Part shown: piece after piece, positions 8,967-17,575 of the stretch | Layout: each line of letters begins with the position of its first letter | How positions within the stretch are numbered: the stretch's first letter is position 1 | Assembly (NCBI GenBank): GCA_043757545.1 | Contig: JAYVPG010000021.1 | Span: 13,207 to 77,206 of the forward strand | Source of the DNA: Pseudobdellovibrionaceae bacterium | GTDB taxonomy: Bacteria; Bdellovibrionota; Bdellovibrionia; Bdellovibrionales; UBA1609 | Reading direction: 5' to 3' | DNA length: 64,000 nucleotides | Notes under the pieces: model-generated | Told to the model about the DNA's origin: nothing | The model's input: only the letters and a program-made list of their open reading frames with translations | Databases searched by the model: none | Translations under genes and position numbers: made by a program

Positions 8967-9158
8967 ATGAAGGTCGCGATTTTCGTTACTGCCTTGATCA
9001 TGGGTTCGGTCGCAAATGCAAATTGGTCTGAATGGAGAAAGCACAATCCTAAAACTGTTGCTTGCCAAAAAAGACTAGCAGCGATGCCTGGCGCCAATGT
9101 TATCTATACATGTGAATTTGGTCGAATTGTTGAGATTCGCAACGGCAGCCGCCACTAA
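8967..9158 (+). CDS. Small secreted two-cysteine peptide (63 aa precursor)
   Basis: It has a strong RBS (aaggggga) 4-5 nt before the ATG and a signal peptide (SVANA-NW). The mature part has two Cys. A strong hairpin follows immediately. Confidence 0.5.
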   Translation: MKVAIFVTALIMGSVANANWSEWRKHNPKTVACQKRLAAMPGANVIYTCEFGRIVEIRNGSRH

Positions 9159-9164
9159 ACACAA

Positions 9165-9191
9165 AGGGCTATCGTCCACGACGATGGCCCT
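9165..9191. terminator. Hairpin terminator between convergent genes
   Basis: agggctatcgtc-cac-gacgatggccct forms a 12-bp stem with one G-T wobble pair. It lies between the stops at 9158 (+) and 9216 (-). Confidence 0.5.
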
Positions 9192-9215
9192 TCAAACCCT
9201 TGGCGACAATAGAAT

Positions 9216-10337
9216 CTAAAACGCGGCGTTTATATCGAAGTGTGTGCGATGGTACTCTTTGTTACGCGTACTTCCCTCACTGCGGTTTACGAACTCTGTG
9301 AGGCGAAGATTCATGTTTTTAGCGCACTTCCAGCGTACGGCTGCGATCCAACCGCGCGAGTCCGTCGCTCCTCCTGAAAAATCGGAATACGTAAACTGAC
9401 CGACCACCGAATCCTTTCCGATCTCTGCATAGGCCAACTGACTGTCGAGAGTTTTGTAGGCCAAGGACATTCCCGTCCACGATGCCGAGTTCGCGCCGAT
9501 CGCTTCGGGATTGTCGATTCTCTCACCGAACACTCCGCCCTCGAAAGAACTGAATTTGTACATGAGCTCCGCAAAGTATTGCCGTGGCAAATAAGCGTAC
9601 TTGTAAGAGTCGGGAGCGCCCTCGCTATTGCCAAAGGCCGTCCCACCCACAGAGAGATCGGCAAACTTGGCATTTTTGAGTCCATTAAAGTTAAAAAAAC
9701 CGGCTCCGACAACTAGGCGCACGGGCTCGCGCTTGAACTCCAATCCAAGCTGCCCCCAGTTGAGCGCATTGTCCGTTTGATCTTCCGAATAGTAGGTGTC
9801 GTAGTTTTCGCGAATAAGGTCTGAACCCGCAGCCACGAATACCCGCCAGTGCTCGCGGAAAATATAATCTATTGAAAAAGCCGCACCCTCGAGGGAAATG
9901 TCCTCGTCAAGAAGGACCTGACTACCGCCCGGCCGATAATGCAACTGAGGATGGCGACCAGCGTAGAGTTTAAAAAAATCGACTGGTGTCCACAGAATAT
10001 AACCCTGATCGAGGCCGATAAAACGGCGCCGCGCTCCGGGCTCAGCGCTATCACCAAGATTTTGATTGTGACTGCGCGCGGCCTTGGCCGTGGCCAAACG
10101 CACACTGGCCTCCAACTCGGGATTGATGCTCACGTTCACGCCAAAACGTGCGCGGAGCTGCTCGTTCGTGCGCGCGACACTGTCACCGTTTTTTTCAAGC
10201 TTCGTGCGCACCCGTAAATCGCCCGACCATTTGAACTGAGGCATATCCGGCGATGCAGACTCGTCAGCCCACGCTACGTTCGCGGAAAATACAGAAATGA
10301 AAATCAGGGCAAGGCGAAGGCGGAAGTACTGGCTCAT
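9216..10337 (-). CDS. Putative outer-membrane porin (paralog of 16231-17517)
   Basis: It has a signal peptide (AWA-DE), an FKWSGDLRVR motif shared with the paralog, an alternating beta-strand pattern and a C-terminal aromatic end (NAAF). Confidence 0.6.
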   Translation of the reverse strand: MSQYFRLRLALIFISVFSANVAWADESASPDMPQFKWSGDLRVRTKLEKNGDSVARTNEQLRARFGVNVSINPELEASVRLATAKAARSHNQNLGDSAEPGARRRFIGLDQGYILWTPVDFFKLYAGRHPQLHYRPGGSQVLLDEDISLEGAAFSIDYIFREHWRVFVAAGSDLIRENYDTYYSEDQTDNALNWGQLGLEFKREPVRLVVGAGFFNFNGLKNAKFADLSVGGTAFGNSEGAPDSYKYAYLPRQYFAELMYKFSSFEGGVFGERIDNPEAIGANSASWTGMSLAYKTLDSQLAYAEIGKDSVVGQFTYSDFSGGATDSRGWIAAVRWKCAKNMNLRLTEFVNRSEGSTRNKEYHRTHFDINAAF

Positions 10338-11467
10338 AAATAAAAATGCGCGATCAACCAGACAGCCTGCTGGAAGTCGTTGCCCTTGGACGTATCGCGC
10401 TCCTCACGAAAGAGTGCGTAGAGGTCCCAATGCGGGCGCGGGAACCACTCGGTGCCAACCCCGTAAGACTCAAACTTAGGATCGGGCTTGTCCGCATTGA
10501 GATTGGCATACTCTTGCACACCGATCAGATGCCAACCTTGCTGAACCTCATAGCCCAGCTTAAAGATCTCCACTAGCCCCCACTTGAGGTCGGCACGCGC
10601 CGTGCGATCGGCTTCAAACAGACCGTACCAGTCTTTATTGAACGCGATGTGTGAGAACATACCGTACATGCGCCGTGTACTCTTCACATTTACGTTTTGA
10701 AACTGTGTTTGATAATAATTAATACCGATCTTGGATTTTTCACCGACCGCGGTCGCCGCTTGAAGCGCGCCTCCCGTCTCGTGCTCAGTGCTTTTGCCTT
10801 CACATTGCGCAAAGATCGCTGTTCCGATCAGTGAGGACTGATCATTGTTCCAGGCAAGTTCCGCAGCGTAACGTTCTTGGGTCGGATTAAAACCGAGCAG
10901 CGTGCGCGTGACAAAAGTATGTTCAGAAAATCCAATCCCATAAGCGGGCATAAAACGGCCGGCACGGGCCGCGATACGATTCTCCGCTTCCGGCGGAGTA
11001 AATAAGAACTCGACGCCGTGCCGAGGACTGATGATAAAGTCCTTGGCGGTGGCGTCCGCGGTTTTCGGTTCCACTCGCCCAAGCGAGGCAAAGGTTCGCC
11101 AATGCCGATCGATTTGTGCCGAGGCATCGACGTCGACTTGCATGATCAAGAATCGTCCACGCGAAGCCTGCTTAGACTCCTGAAAGGCCTGCAGTACGCG
11201 AATATCCGAACCGAGCAATAGCCATTTCGGCGGCAGTAACAGTCCATAGGCCAAGCGCTCGTCGCCCTCGACCACCGGGATGCCCGCTAAACTCTGTTGC
11301 GAGAGAATCTCACGGGAGAGCGAGCGGCCATATTCGTTGAGCAGATTGCCACCAGACTGTGACGTGTGGCAGGCGATGCAATTGGTGTAACCGTGGCGAA
11401 CCATCTCCGGAAACGCCATCGCGTGCGGAGACAGTACGAATAGGCCGACGAATAAAATCCATTTCAT
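10334..11467 (-). CDS. Beta-barrel-like secreted protein with a single N-terminal CxxCH haem motif
   Basis: The signal peptide (AMA-FP) is followed at once by GYTNCIACHTSQSGGNLLNEYGR. The remainder is beta-rich and aromatic-rich. It overlaps both neighbours by 4 nt. Confidence 0.55.
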   Translation of the reverse strand: MKWILFVGLFVLSPHAMAFPEMVRHGYTNCIACHTSQSGGNLLNEYGRSLSREILSQQSLAGIPVVEGDERLAYGLLLPPKWLLLGSDIRVLQAFQESKQASRGRFLIMQVDVDASAQIDRHWRTFASLGRVEPKTADATAKDFIISPRHGVEFLFTPPEAENRIAARAGRFMPAYGIGFSEHTFVTRTLLGFNPTQERYAAELAWNNDQSSLIGTAIFAQCEGKSTEHETGGALQAATAVGEKSKIGINYYQTQFQNVNVKSTRRMYGMFSHIAFNKDWYGLFEADRTARADLKWGLVEIFKLGYEVQQGWHLIGVQEYANLNADKPDPKFESYGVGTEWFPRPHWDLYALFREERDTSKGNDFQQAVWLIAHFYL

Positions 11468-12117
11468 TCGGGCATTCCGGAATTAAACCATTTCTCGAGC
11501 ATTTCCTTTTCTTTGAGTGTAACGGCGGGATATGGCGACTTAGGCATGTCGCCGACAAAGATCACACGATCATAGATCTCTAGTCTTTTCGCTCGAACAG
11601 CCTTTAAATCCGTTAGATCCAAGTTTCCATCGGGACCTTGCTGTGGATTTTCTGCATTTACCGAATGGCAGCTATTGCATTTGGGCGCAAACAAGACACC
11701 GCTCACTTTTTTAAAATCGGTCGGCCCACCACCGATTTCAGGCGAAGGCTTTTCACCCTCTCCAGCAATGACTTGCAGAGGGGTACCGTTATCGAACCAA
11801 TTTTTTAGCAGTTCTTTCTCCACACCCCCGAGACCGCCAGCAGGCATGTTGCCCACTTCAACACTGCGAAAACGAATCAAGGGTGCATTCAACCGTATAT
11901 CTTCATATCTCTCAAGGGACAGCCCCTTCTCTCGACGACCGCTCTGTGAGTGACAGCTCACACATTTAGGAATGAACACCACCCGATTGACCAAATCAAA
12001 ATCCGGATTCGAGAGCGCCGCCGCACTCAAAATGGGCCCTTTATCGGCAGCTTGCTTCACGTGATTGTAATTGCAGCTCGCGAGGCTCGTGCACAAGGCA
12101 ATAAACAAAATTCTCAT
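11464..12117 (-). CDS. Di-haem c-type cytochrome lipoprotein (two repeated cytochrome modules)
   Basis: It has a lipobox (LASC). Two repeats carry PKCVSCHS...GNMP and PKCNSCHS...GDMP. Confidence 0.75.
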   Translation of the reverse strand: MRILFIALCTSLASCNYNHVKQAADKGPILSAAALSNPDFDLVNRVVFIPKCVSCHSQSGRREKGLSLERYEDIRLNAPLIRFRSVEVGNMPAGGLGGVEKELLKNWFDNGTPLQVIAGEGEKPSPEIGGGPTDFKKVSGVLFAPKCNSCHSVNAENPQQGPDGNLDLTDLKAVRAKRLEIYDRVIFVGDMPKSPYPAVTLKEKEMLEKWFNSGMPE

Positions 12118-12692
12118 TGGACTTCAACCAACGCAGCTTTTGAAATCTGAGTTTGTGTCGTCACTGTCACGTCGCTCGCGACTGTGATGCCCGCGTATTT
12201 TGGGATTTCGACCCCAAAGGTTGAAAGGTTGACCTTAAACTTAGCGGACGTCGAAATATCGGTCGCATTCGGAGTCAGATTTATTTCCACTTCAACCGGG
12301 CTTTCTTTGCCATGCAGCTCGAGAGTCGCCGAAAAAGTGACCGCTCCGCCACCCGTGATCTTATCCAGAGGAATTTTCACATCTTTAAAAAATAGCTTTG
12401 CGGTTTTAAACTTCTCGATTTCAAGATAGGTCTCTTTCATATGGCGGTCACGCATAGCGATTCCAGTATCCAGGGTCGCGAGATCAAAAATGGCCTCGCC
12501 ATTTAGAAAATAATCCTGCCCCACTTTTTTTAAGGAAAAATATCCAGTTGGCCCCGCTCCGGTACCGTTGATTCGCAAGGCAGCGGGTCGACCGATAGCG
12601 AGAAACTCAGTTTTGCCTTTCGCCGGATCTAACACTGCTGCGTGCAAACTCAGATTTAAGCCGAGAAGTACCAGAAACAGCCACTTGTTCAT
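12114..12692 (-). CDS. YceI-family periplasmic (polyisoprenoid-binding) protein
   Basis: It has a signal peptide and TGIAMRDRHMKETYLEIEKFKTAKLFF, which is typical of the YceI lipocalin-like fold. Confidence 0.8.
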   Translation of the reverse strand: MNKWLFLVLLGLNLSLHAAVLDPAKGKTEFLAIGRPAALRINGTGAGPTGYFSLKKVGQDYFLNGEAIFDLATLDTGIAMRDRHMKETYLEIEKFKTAKLFFKDVKIPLDKITGGGAVTFSATLELHGKESPVEVEINLTPNATDISTSAKFKVNLSTFGVEIPKYAGITVASDVTVTTQTQISKAALVEVQ

Positions 12693-12695
12693 CCT

Positions 12696-15326
12696 CTACT
12701 CCTTTGGTTTTGCATACACTCGTTCACACTGATCAATACTCGGTAACCAATTGCCAGAGCCCGCATCTTTAAGAAATTCGAAAATCGACCAACCGGCATT
12801 CCATGCTCCGCGGTCGAGCCAAGCCTCTACCTTTTCAGGATAGAGGGGCAGGTCCGTCGCCGGATCAAAAGCTAAATCGGGGTGCCCCGGATTTAGGTTT
12901 TCCATAAAACAAACTTTGTTAAACACTTCATGATCGATAAAACGGGGTGATGAGGCCTTGCTCGAGGCAATCTGCGCCAAACATTTGTCGCGAATTCCGT
13001 TGAGCATCTGTCCGCCGTGCTTACCCATAAAACCCGATAGCTCCGGCGGAAAACGAACCCGCGTTCCCTCCATTGCCATCCAGATCAGATAGTTGGCTGC
13101 ATAGTTCTTACCAGCGATATCGAACGATTTTAAATTCTCAAGCTTGGCGCCAAAGAGACCATCGATCAGATTGGCCACACGCACAGAGCCACCCGACCAA
13201 TTCAAAATTCCGCGGGCCAACGACGTATTGCCGTCGGCACCTGGGCCGTGACACTTCATGCATGTATTGCGAAAAAAATACGAGCCGGGCGTCGTGTAAT
13301 AGACTTCACCAAACGGGCGCTTCGGGGTGTCGCCATTCATCATCCATGGACGGCGCTTTTCAGGCGGCAAATCGACCGACGGAAAGGTGCATTCGTCCTT
13401 TTTATTTAGCCAGTATCCAACCGCGTACTGCGTTTTTATGGCCTCATCTAAACTGGAGGTGAGTTCCAAAGCACGATACTTGGCAGGCATTCCATCGACG
13501 GGGTCTTTCCAGTCATTGCGCCGGGGCGTATAGATTCCGTTGTCTGGCCAAGTGAAGTCCGTGTCGATCCAAGTGTTCGGATTTTCCTTTTTGCACTCAG
13601 GGGACCACTCATCTGCTGCTTGGTCACTTTCAAATGAACGGATCCATTTGCCAATAACTGTGAGCACCCGGCAATCCGGAGAATACGGCGTGTGCATAGG
13701 CATCTGGCTAAACATACCTTGCTGAGCGGGTGGATCCAAAACCTTGCGCCAGATTTGCGAACCATCGAGCTCTCCATTTTGATGAACGAGCCGGCGAGTG
13801 CTGATTTCTTCTGAGTGGCGATGAGTGTCGAATGAAAAAATATCGCCAGGTCCCAGCGCCAACTTTATATTATTGTCCTTGTTAAACGCCAAACCATTCG
13901 GGTTGTGACAGTGAAAGCAATTGCCCACTGTGTACCCGTTGGCGCGCAGCTCGTGGATATTGCGCGGAGCCGAGCCGCCCGACTTTTCGAGCACGGGCAA
14001 CTCATCGGCCGAGGCCACACCCTGAATCAAACCGTAGGAAATAAACCGTGAGACTTGGTCAAGATCACTGTCGAGCGGAATATCCATGCGGCCGGCCTCG
14101 CCGAATGCACGCTTATGGATTTGCAGAGGCGTAAATCCCAGTACGAAATTGCGCATGGGACTTCCCATATGGCAGTCAATGCAGCGTTGACGACCGGGAA
14201 TGGCATAGGGTTTTGTAATTTCCTTGGCCTCGTCAACGGTAATATCCGAGATCACATCTTTCCACGCCGTTCCGTCCCGATAGGGTGCTTCGACCAATGT
14301 TGCAATTTGCTCGGTATCATCCCATTGGTAGGAACCAAAGAGCGAATTTTCCCAAGGAGTCCGCGAAACTATCAGCCGAGTTTCGATGCGACGCATACGA
14401 ATCTTCTTATTCGGAAGAGTCACTGCTTTATAAAATGTTTTATAGAACCGCGTATTCTCAGGAATGCGAAACGAACCGGTGATGGAATCAAATTCAACCG
14501 CTTTTTTCTTAAGTGCACCGCCATCGATTTTCATAGGCACGTGTATCCAGCGGCCCTTTTCGGCGTTATCGGCCCAGAGCGGATATTCCACGTTGTAACC
14601 CAAGGTCCCGCGCTGTGCGAGTGCCAATGGGTCGAGCGTAAATAGATCCGTCTCGCTTAAATATTTGGGAAGTGCTTTTGCGCCCTCAAATAGTCGGTCG
14701 GACTTATAGTCATATCCCACAGCTTTGGCTTTCGGAATGCAATCGCCCAGATCGCTACTCGCGTGGGGTTTGACCGGTCGAAGTTTGCCACTACGATCTT
14801 GATTTACTTTACCAATTTGAAAAGTTCCTTGGGGAGTGCCGGCCGCCATCCACTGATCAATTTGAGTACCGAGCGCGAGAAAGATTTCAGGATTTTGATC
14901 GCGCTTCGCGGCTGGTGGCATGCGCTTGGTCAGATCTTCATTGAAAATATAGTCGCGCATTTTCTGCGCGGATTCGGTAAGGCCAGGAACGAAAACAACG
15001 GACCCATTATAAGATATGTCTTTGCCTTGCCACGAATCTAAATATGTAAAGCCACCGGTCTTGGCAGGAAACCCATGGCAGGATGCACAAGACGAATTGA
15101 TTGAGGCACGGATACCTTGGAAGGAAAGAACTTTGCCGGTCCCGCCAAAGTAAGGAGTTTCTTCAAAGCGATGCGAAGTACTCGTCTCAGGACAAAGTTC
15201 CGCACGCGAATCAAGCGGTCCCTTAGCACCGCCACATCCGCACAATAGAAAAAGGGCTAGCCAAGTGGCTAACCCCCGAAATCGAATAAGACTCGAAAAA
15301 TGATTAGTCGATTGTGATAAACTCAT
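12696..15326 (-). CDS. Large tetra-haem c-type cytochrome lipoprotein (876 aa)
   Basis: It has a lipobox (LLCGCGG). Four CxxCH motifs are spread through the protein: CASCH, CIDCH, CFHCH and CMKCH. Confidence 0.75.
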   Translation of the reverse strand: MSLSQSTNHFSSLIRFRGLATWLALFLLCGCGGAKGPLDSRAELCPETSTSHRFEETPYFGGTGKVLSFQGIRASINSSCASCHGFPAKTGGFTYLDSWQGKDISYNGSVVFVPGLTESAQKMRDYIFNEDLTKRMPPAAKRDQNPEIFLALGTQIDQWMAAGTPQGTFQIGKVNQDRSGKLRPVKPHASSDLGDCIPKAKAVGYDYKSDRLFEGAKALPKYLSETDLFTLDPLALAQRGTLGYNVEYPLWADNAEKGRWIHVPMKIDGGALKKKAVEFDSITGSFRIPENTRFYKTFYKAVTLPNKKIRMRRIETRLIVSRTPWENSLFGSYQWDDTEQIATLVEAPYRDGTAWKDVISDITVDEAKEITKPYAIPGRQRCIDCHMGSPMRNFVLGFTPLQIHKRAFGEAGRMDIPLDSDLDQVSRFISYGLIQGVASADELPVLEKSGGSAPRNIHELRANGYTVGNCFHCHNPNGLAFNKDNNIKLALGPGDIFSFDTHRHSEEISTRRLVHQNGELDGSQIWRKVLDPPAQQGMFSQMPMHTPYSPDCRVLTVIGKWIRSFESDQAADEWSPECKKENPNTWIDTDFTWPDNGIYTPRRNDWKDPVDGMPAKYRALELTSSLDEAIKTQYAVGYWLNKKDECTFPSVDLPPEKRRPWMMNGDTPKRPFGEVYYTTPGSYFFRNTCMKCHGPGADGNTSLARGILNWSGGSVRVANLIDGLFGAKLENLKSFDIAGKNYAANYLIWMAMEGTRVRFPPELSGFMGKHGGQMLNGIRDKCLAQIASSKASSPRFIDHEVFNKVCFMENLNPGHPDLAFDPATDLPLYPEKVEAWLDRGAWNAGWSIFEFLKDAGSGNWLPSIDQCERVYAKPKE

Positions 15327-16128
15327 GAGCCTGCATGATCGGATCCATAAATGAACGATCAGTAATATAGGTTAACAACGCCGCTTCCGCCGCATTCGGC
15401 TTACGTGCACCATTGATTTCGTAAACATAAAGGTAACGCGACATGGGATAGCTGAAATCGCGAATCGTTGCGGTCGTGGGCAAAACGGCTTTGCCGCCTG
15501 CTTTAGCAGCGATGGCGAGTGCGCGGTTACCTTCGACTTTGCCAGAAAGACCTGCGTAGCCAATCGCACTGGCGTCACGTGAGGTCAGATCTGAAATGTC
15601 AGCAGTTTCAGCCACAGCCTTCACGCATTTACCGAACGTTTTCACGCCCGTGAAATTTTTGAAAGCATCGGTGGTGCCCGATTCGTCATTACGGCGGTAC
15701 ACGTTGATCGTTCCGGTCATGCCCGAACCAGCAACTTGTGACCAATTCGTGTATTCGCAAGTGTAGATGCGCACGATAGTGGGCAAATCGAGAGAAGTAA
15801 TAGTAGCGGTATTCTTAACGAACATCGAAAGACCATCTAGCGCGAGGACATGGGCGGTCACATTCGAGCCGGCGTCCGTGATCGTTTTAAGAGCAGCCGG
15901 ATTAATTTGGCGCGACATTGGGGCAATTCCTTGGTCACCAGCCACTAAATTTTTCTCACCGGTACCCGAGCCGCCGCCCAAGTATTGAATTTGTTCTTGC
16001 AAGCCGGACGCAATGATCGCGTCTCCAATGGCACCTGCGAGAGTATCTGAGCCTGCGAACGTGACTTTACCTGCTGCAAATGCAGAACTGGAAAGAGCGA
16101 GCGCGAGAATTATTACATACTTTTTCAT
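15304..16128 (-). CDS. PstS-like (PBP_like_2) periplasmic oxyanion-binding protein
   Basis: It has a signal peptide, FAGSDTLAG, GGGSGTGEKNL, PMSRQ and RRNDESGTTDAF, which is the PstS-family motif pattern. No pstCAB genes are nearby. Confidence 0.75.
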   Translation of the reverse strand: MKKYVIILALALSSSAFAAGKVTFAGSDTLAGAIGDAIIASGLQEQIQYLGGGSGTGEKNLVAGDQGIAPMSRQINPAALKTITDAGSNVTAHVLALDGLSMFVKNTATITSLDLPTIVRIYTCEYTNWSQVAGSGMTGTINVYRRNDESGTTDAFKNFTGVKTFGKCVKAVAETADISDLTSRDASAIGYAGLSGKVEGNRALAIAAKAGGKAVLPTTATIRDFSYPMSRYLYVYEINGARKPNAAEAALLTYITDRSFMDPIMQAHEFITID

Positions 16129-16230
16129 TTAATCTCCCTGCGAAGTAGAACTTCGATTTGGTTGTTCGAGAAACCAGATCTAATTCTCATTCATGTCGTC
16201 ACTCAAGTTGGGTTTGTGTCAGGTTCATTT

Positions 16231-17517
16231 TCAAAAGCTCACTGCAAAATCAATAAAGGTCATAGAAAATCCGCGCTTGACTGTGCTCCAGCCGCGTTTG
16301 GCTTCAAACTTTGTAATATTCACTACAAAGTTTTTTCCGAGTTGCAGCGAACCAAAGATACGCGTGCCGCGACTGTCCGTTCCACCGCCATTGGAATCGC
16401 TGTCAGTAAATGCCGCAACTACAGAATCCGAGTCCTTACGCACGTAGGCCTCACCTATTGTAAATATTTTATATTTAATTGATCCGCCGTATTCCACTCC
16501 CCGGTTCAGCGTCACTCTTCCGTCGTTCTTAACCCAGTCAAAAAATACGGCGTAATCAATCGGCCCCACCTGATGTTTCCATTCCGCGCCGACTTCTTGT
16601 AATATATAGCGATGCTCAAAATAATACTTACGGTCCGCGGCCGGAAGTAGCGGGTCATTGACGATAACTGTGTTTCCTTTGTAGCGATCGAAGGGATAAG
16701 AATAAGGATCCGTTTTCGCATCCTTGTCCATACTCGTGATCGGCTGATTCTGAATATTTAGAAAATAGTAGTTTCCATAATGCGATGTCAGGGACCAGGA
16801 TTTGGACTTGAGTACAAATCCGATGTCTCCTCCTAATATCCCAGTATCCACAGAGTCTTTGGGCGCCGCGAAGTTTTCAGAAATCATATAACCCGCGATA
16901 CTTGCAAATGGCGCGAAGTGTTCCGCGCTAGAGTTCCAGCGAGTCGCGACCCCTTCAAAAGCCAGATCACTGTCAAATACCAGCTGAACTTTCGCCGGCG
17001 CCCAAAATGGATTTGCGGTTCGCCCGGCCCACACCTCACCGTAATTTAAAAAATGCCAATCAATAAACGCGAGATCTAAGCCAAAACTGCGTCGCACCAT
17101 ACCTGGATCGGTGCTGTCACCAAGGGTTTGATTGCCACTGATCGAAGAGCTCGCCGTCATTAGGCGAATAACGGCTTGGACGTCTTCGTTGACTTCCGCC
17201 TTGAGCCCCAAACGCACGCGCATCTGCTGCAGCTTTCTCTGCTGATCTATATCTTCTTGAAGCTGCGCGAGTCGGTAACGGATGTCTCCCGACCATTTGA
17301 TTCCCGTGAACGGCGCGGCGACCGGCGGTTGCAAGACGGCAACCGGTTGAGCCGGCGGAACATCTTGTGTGATCGGTGCGGCATCTAGAGTTTGTGCGCT
17401 CCCTAGATTGCAGTATCCGACGATACAAAATAATACGACGAGATTCTGTCTCAAGCGTTTGGACCTTTGGGGGAGGTGCGATTTCGTTCGCACCTTAACA
17501 AAGATCCTCATCCTCAA
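16231..17517 (-). CDS. Putative outer-membrane porin (paralog of 9216-10337)
   Basis: It has an IKWSGDIRYR motif, a beta-strand pattern and a C-terminal FAVSF. The exact start is uncertain. Confidence 0.6.
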   Translation of the reverse strand: MRMRIFVKVRTKSHLPQRSKRLRQNLVVLFCIVGYCNLGSAQTLDAAPITQDVPPAQPVAVLQPPVAAPFTGIKWSGDIRYRLAQLQEDIDQQRKLQQMRVRLGLKAEVNEDVQAVIRLMTASSSISGNQTLGDSTDPGMVRRSFGLDLAFIDWHFLNYGEVWAGRTANPFWAPAKVQLVFDSDLAFEGVATRWNSSAEHFAPFASIAGYMISENFAAPKDSVDTGILGGDIGFVLKSKSWSLTSHYGNYYFLNIQNQPITSMDKDAKTDPYSYPFDRYKGNTVIVNDPLLPAADRKYYFEHRYILQEVGAEWKHQVGPIDYAVFFDWVKNDGRVTLNRGVEYGGSIKYKIFTIGEAYVRKDSDSVVAAFTDSDSNGGGTDSRGTRIFGSLQLGKNFVVNITKFEAKRGWSTVKRGFSMTFIDFAVSF

Positions 17518-17575
17518 TTGTCAGAAACATGTTAGGGAGAAACGTTACGTCGCGTCGTTTTGGCCGAGATCGAAG

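Noticed and set aside
9216-17517. Interpreting the cytochrome/porin operon as a Geobacter/Shewanella-type porin-cytochrome extracellular electron conduit.
   Set aside because: There are only 7 CxxCH motifs across three proteins totalling about 1470 residues. Known conduits use deca- to dodeca-haem proteins with closely packed haems. I kept it as an unexplained redox module instead.
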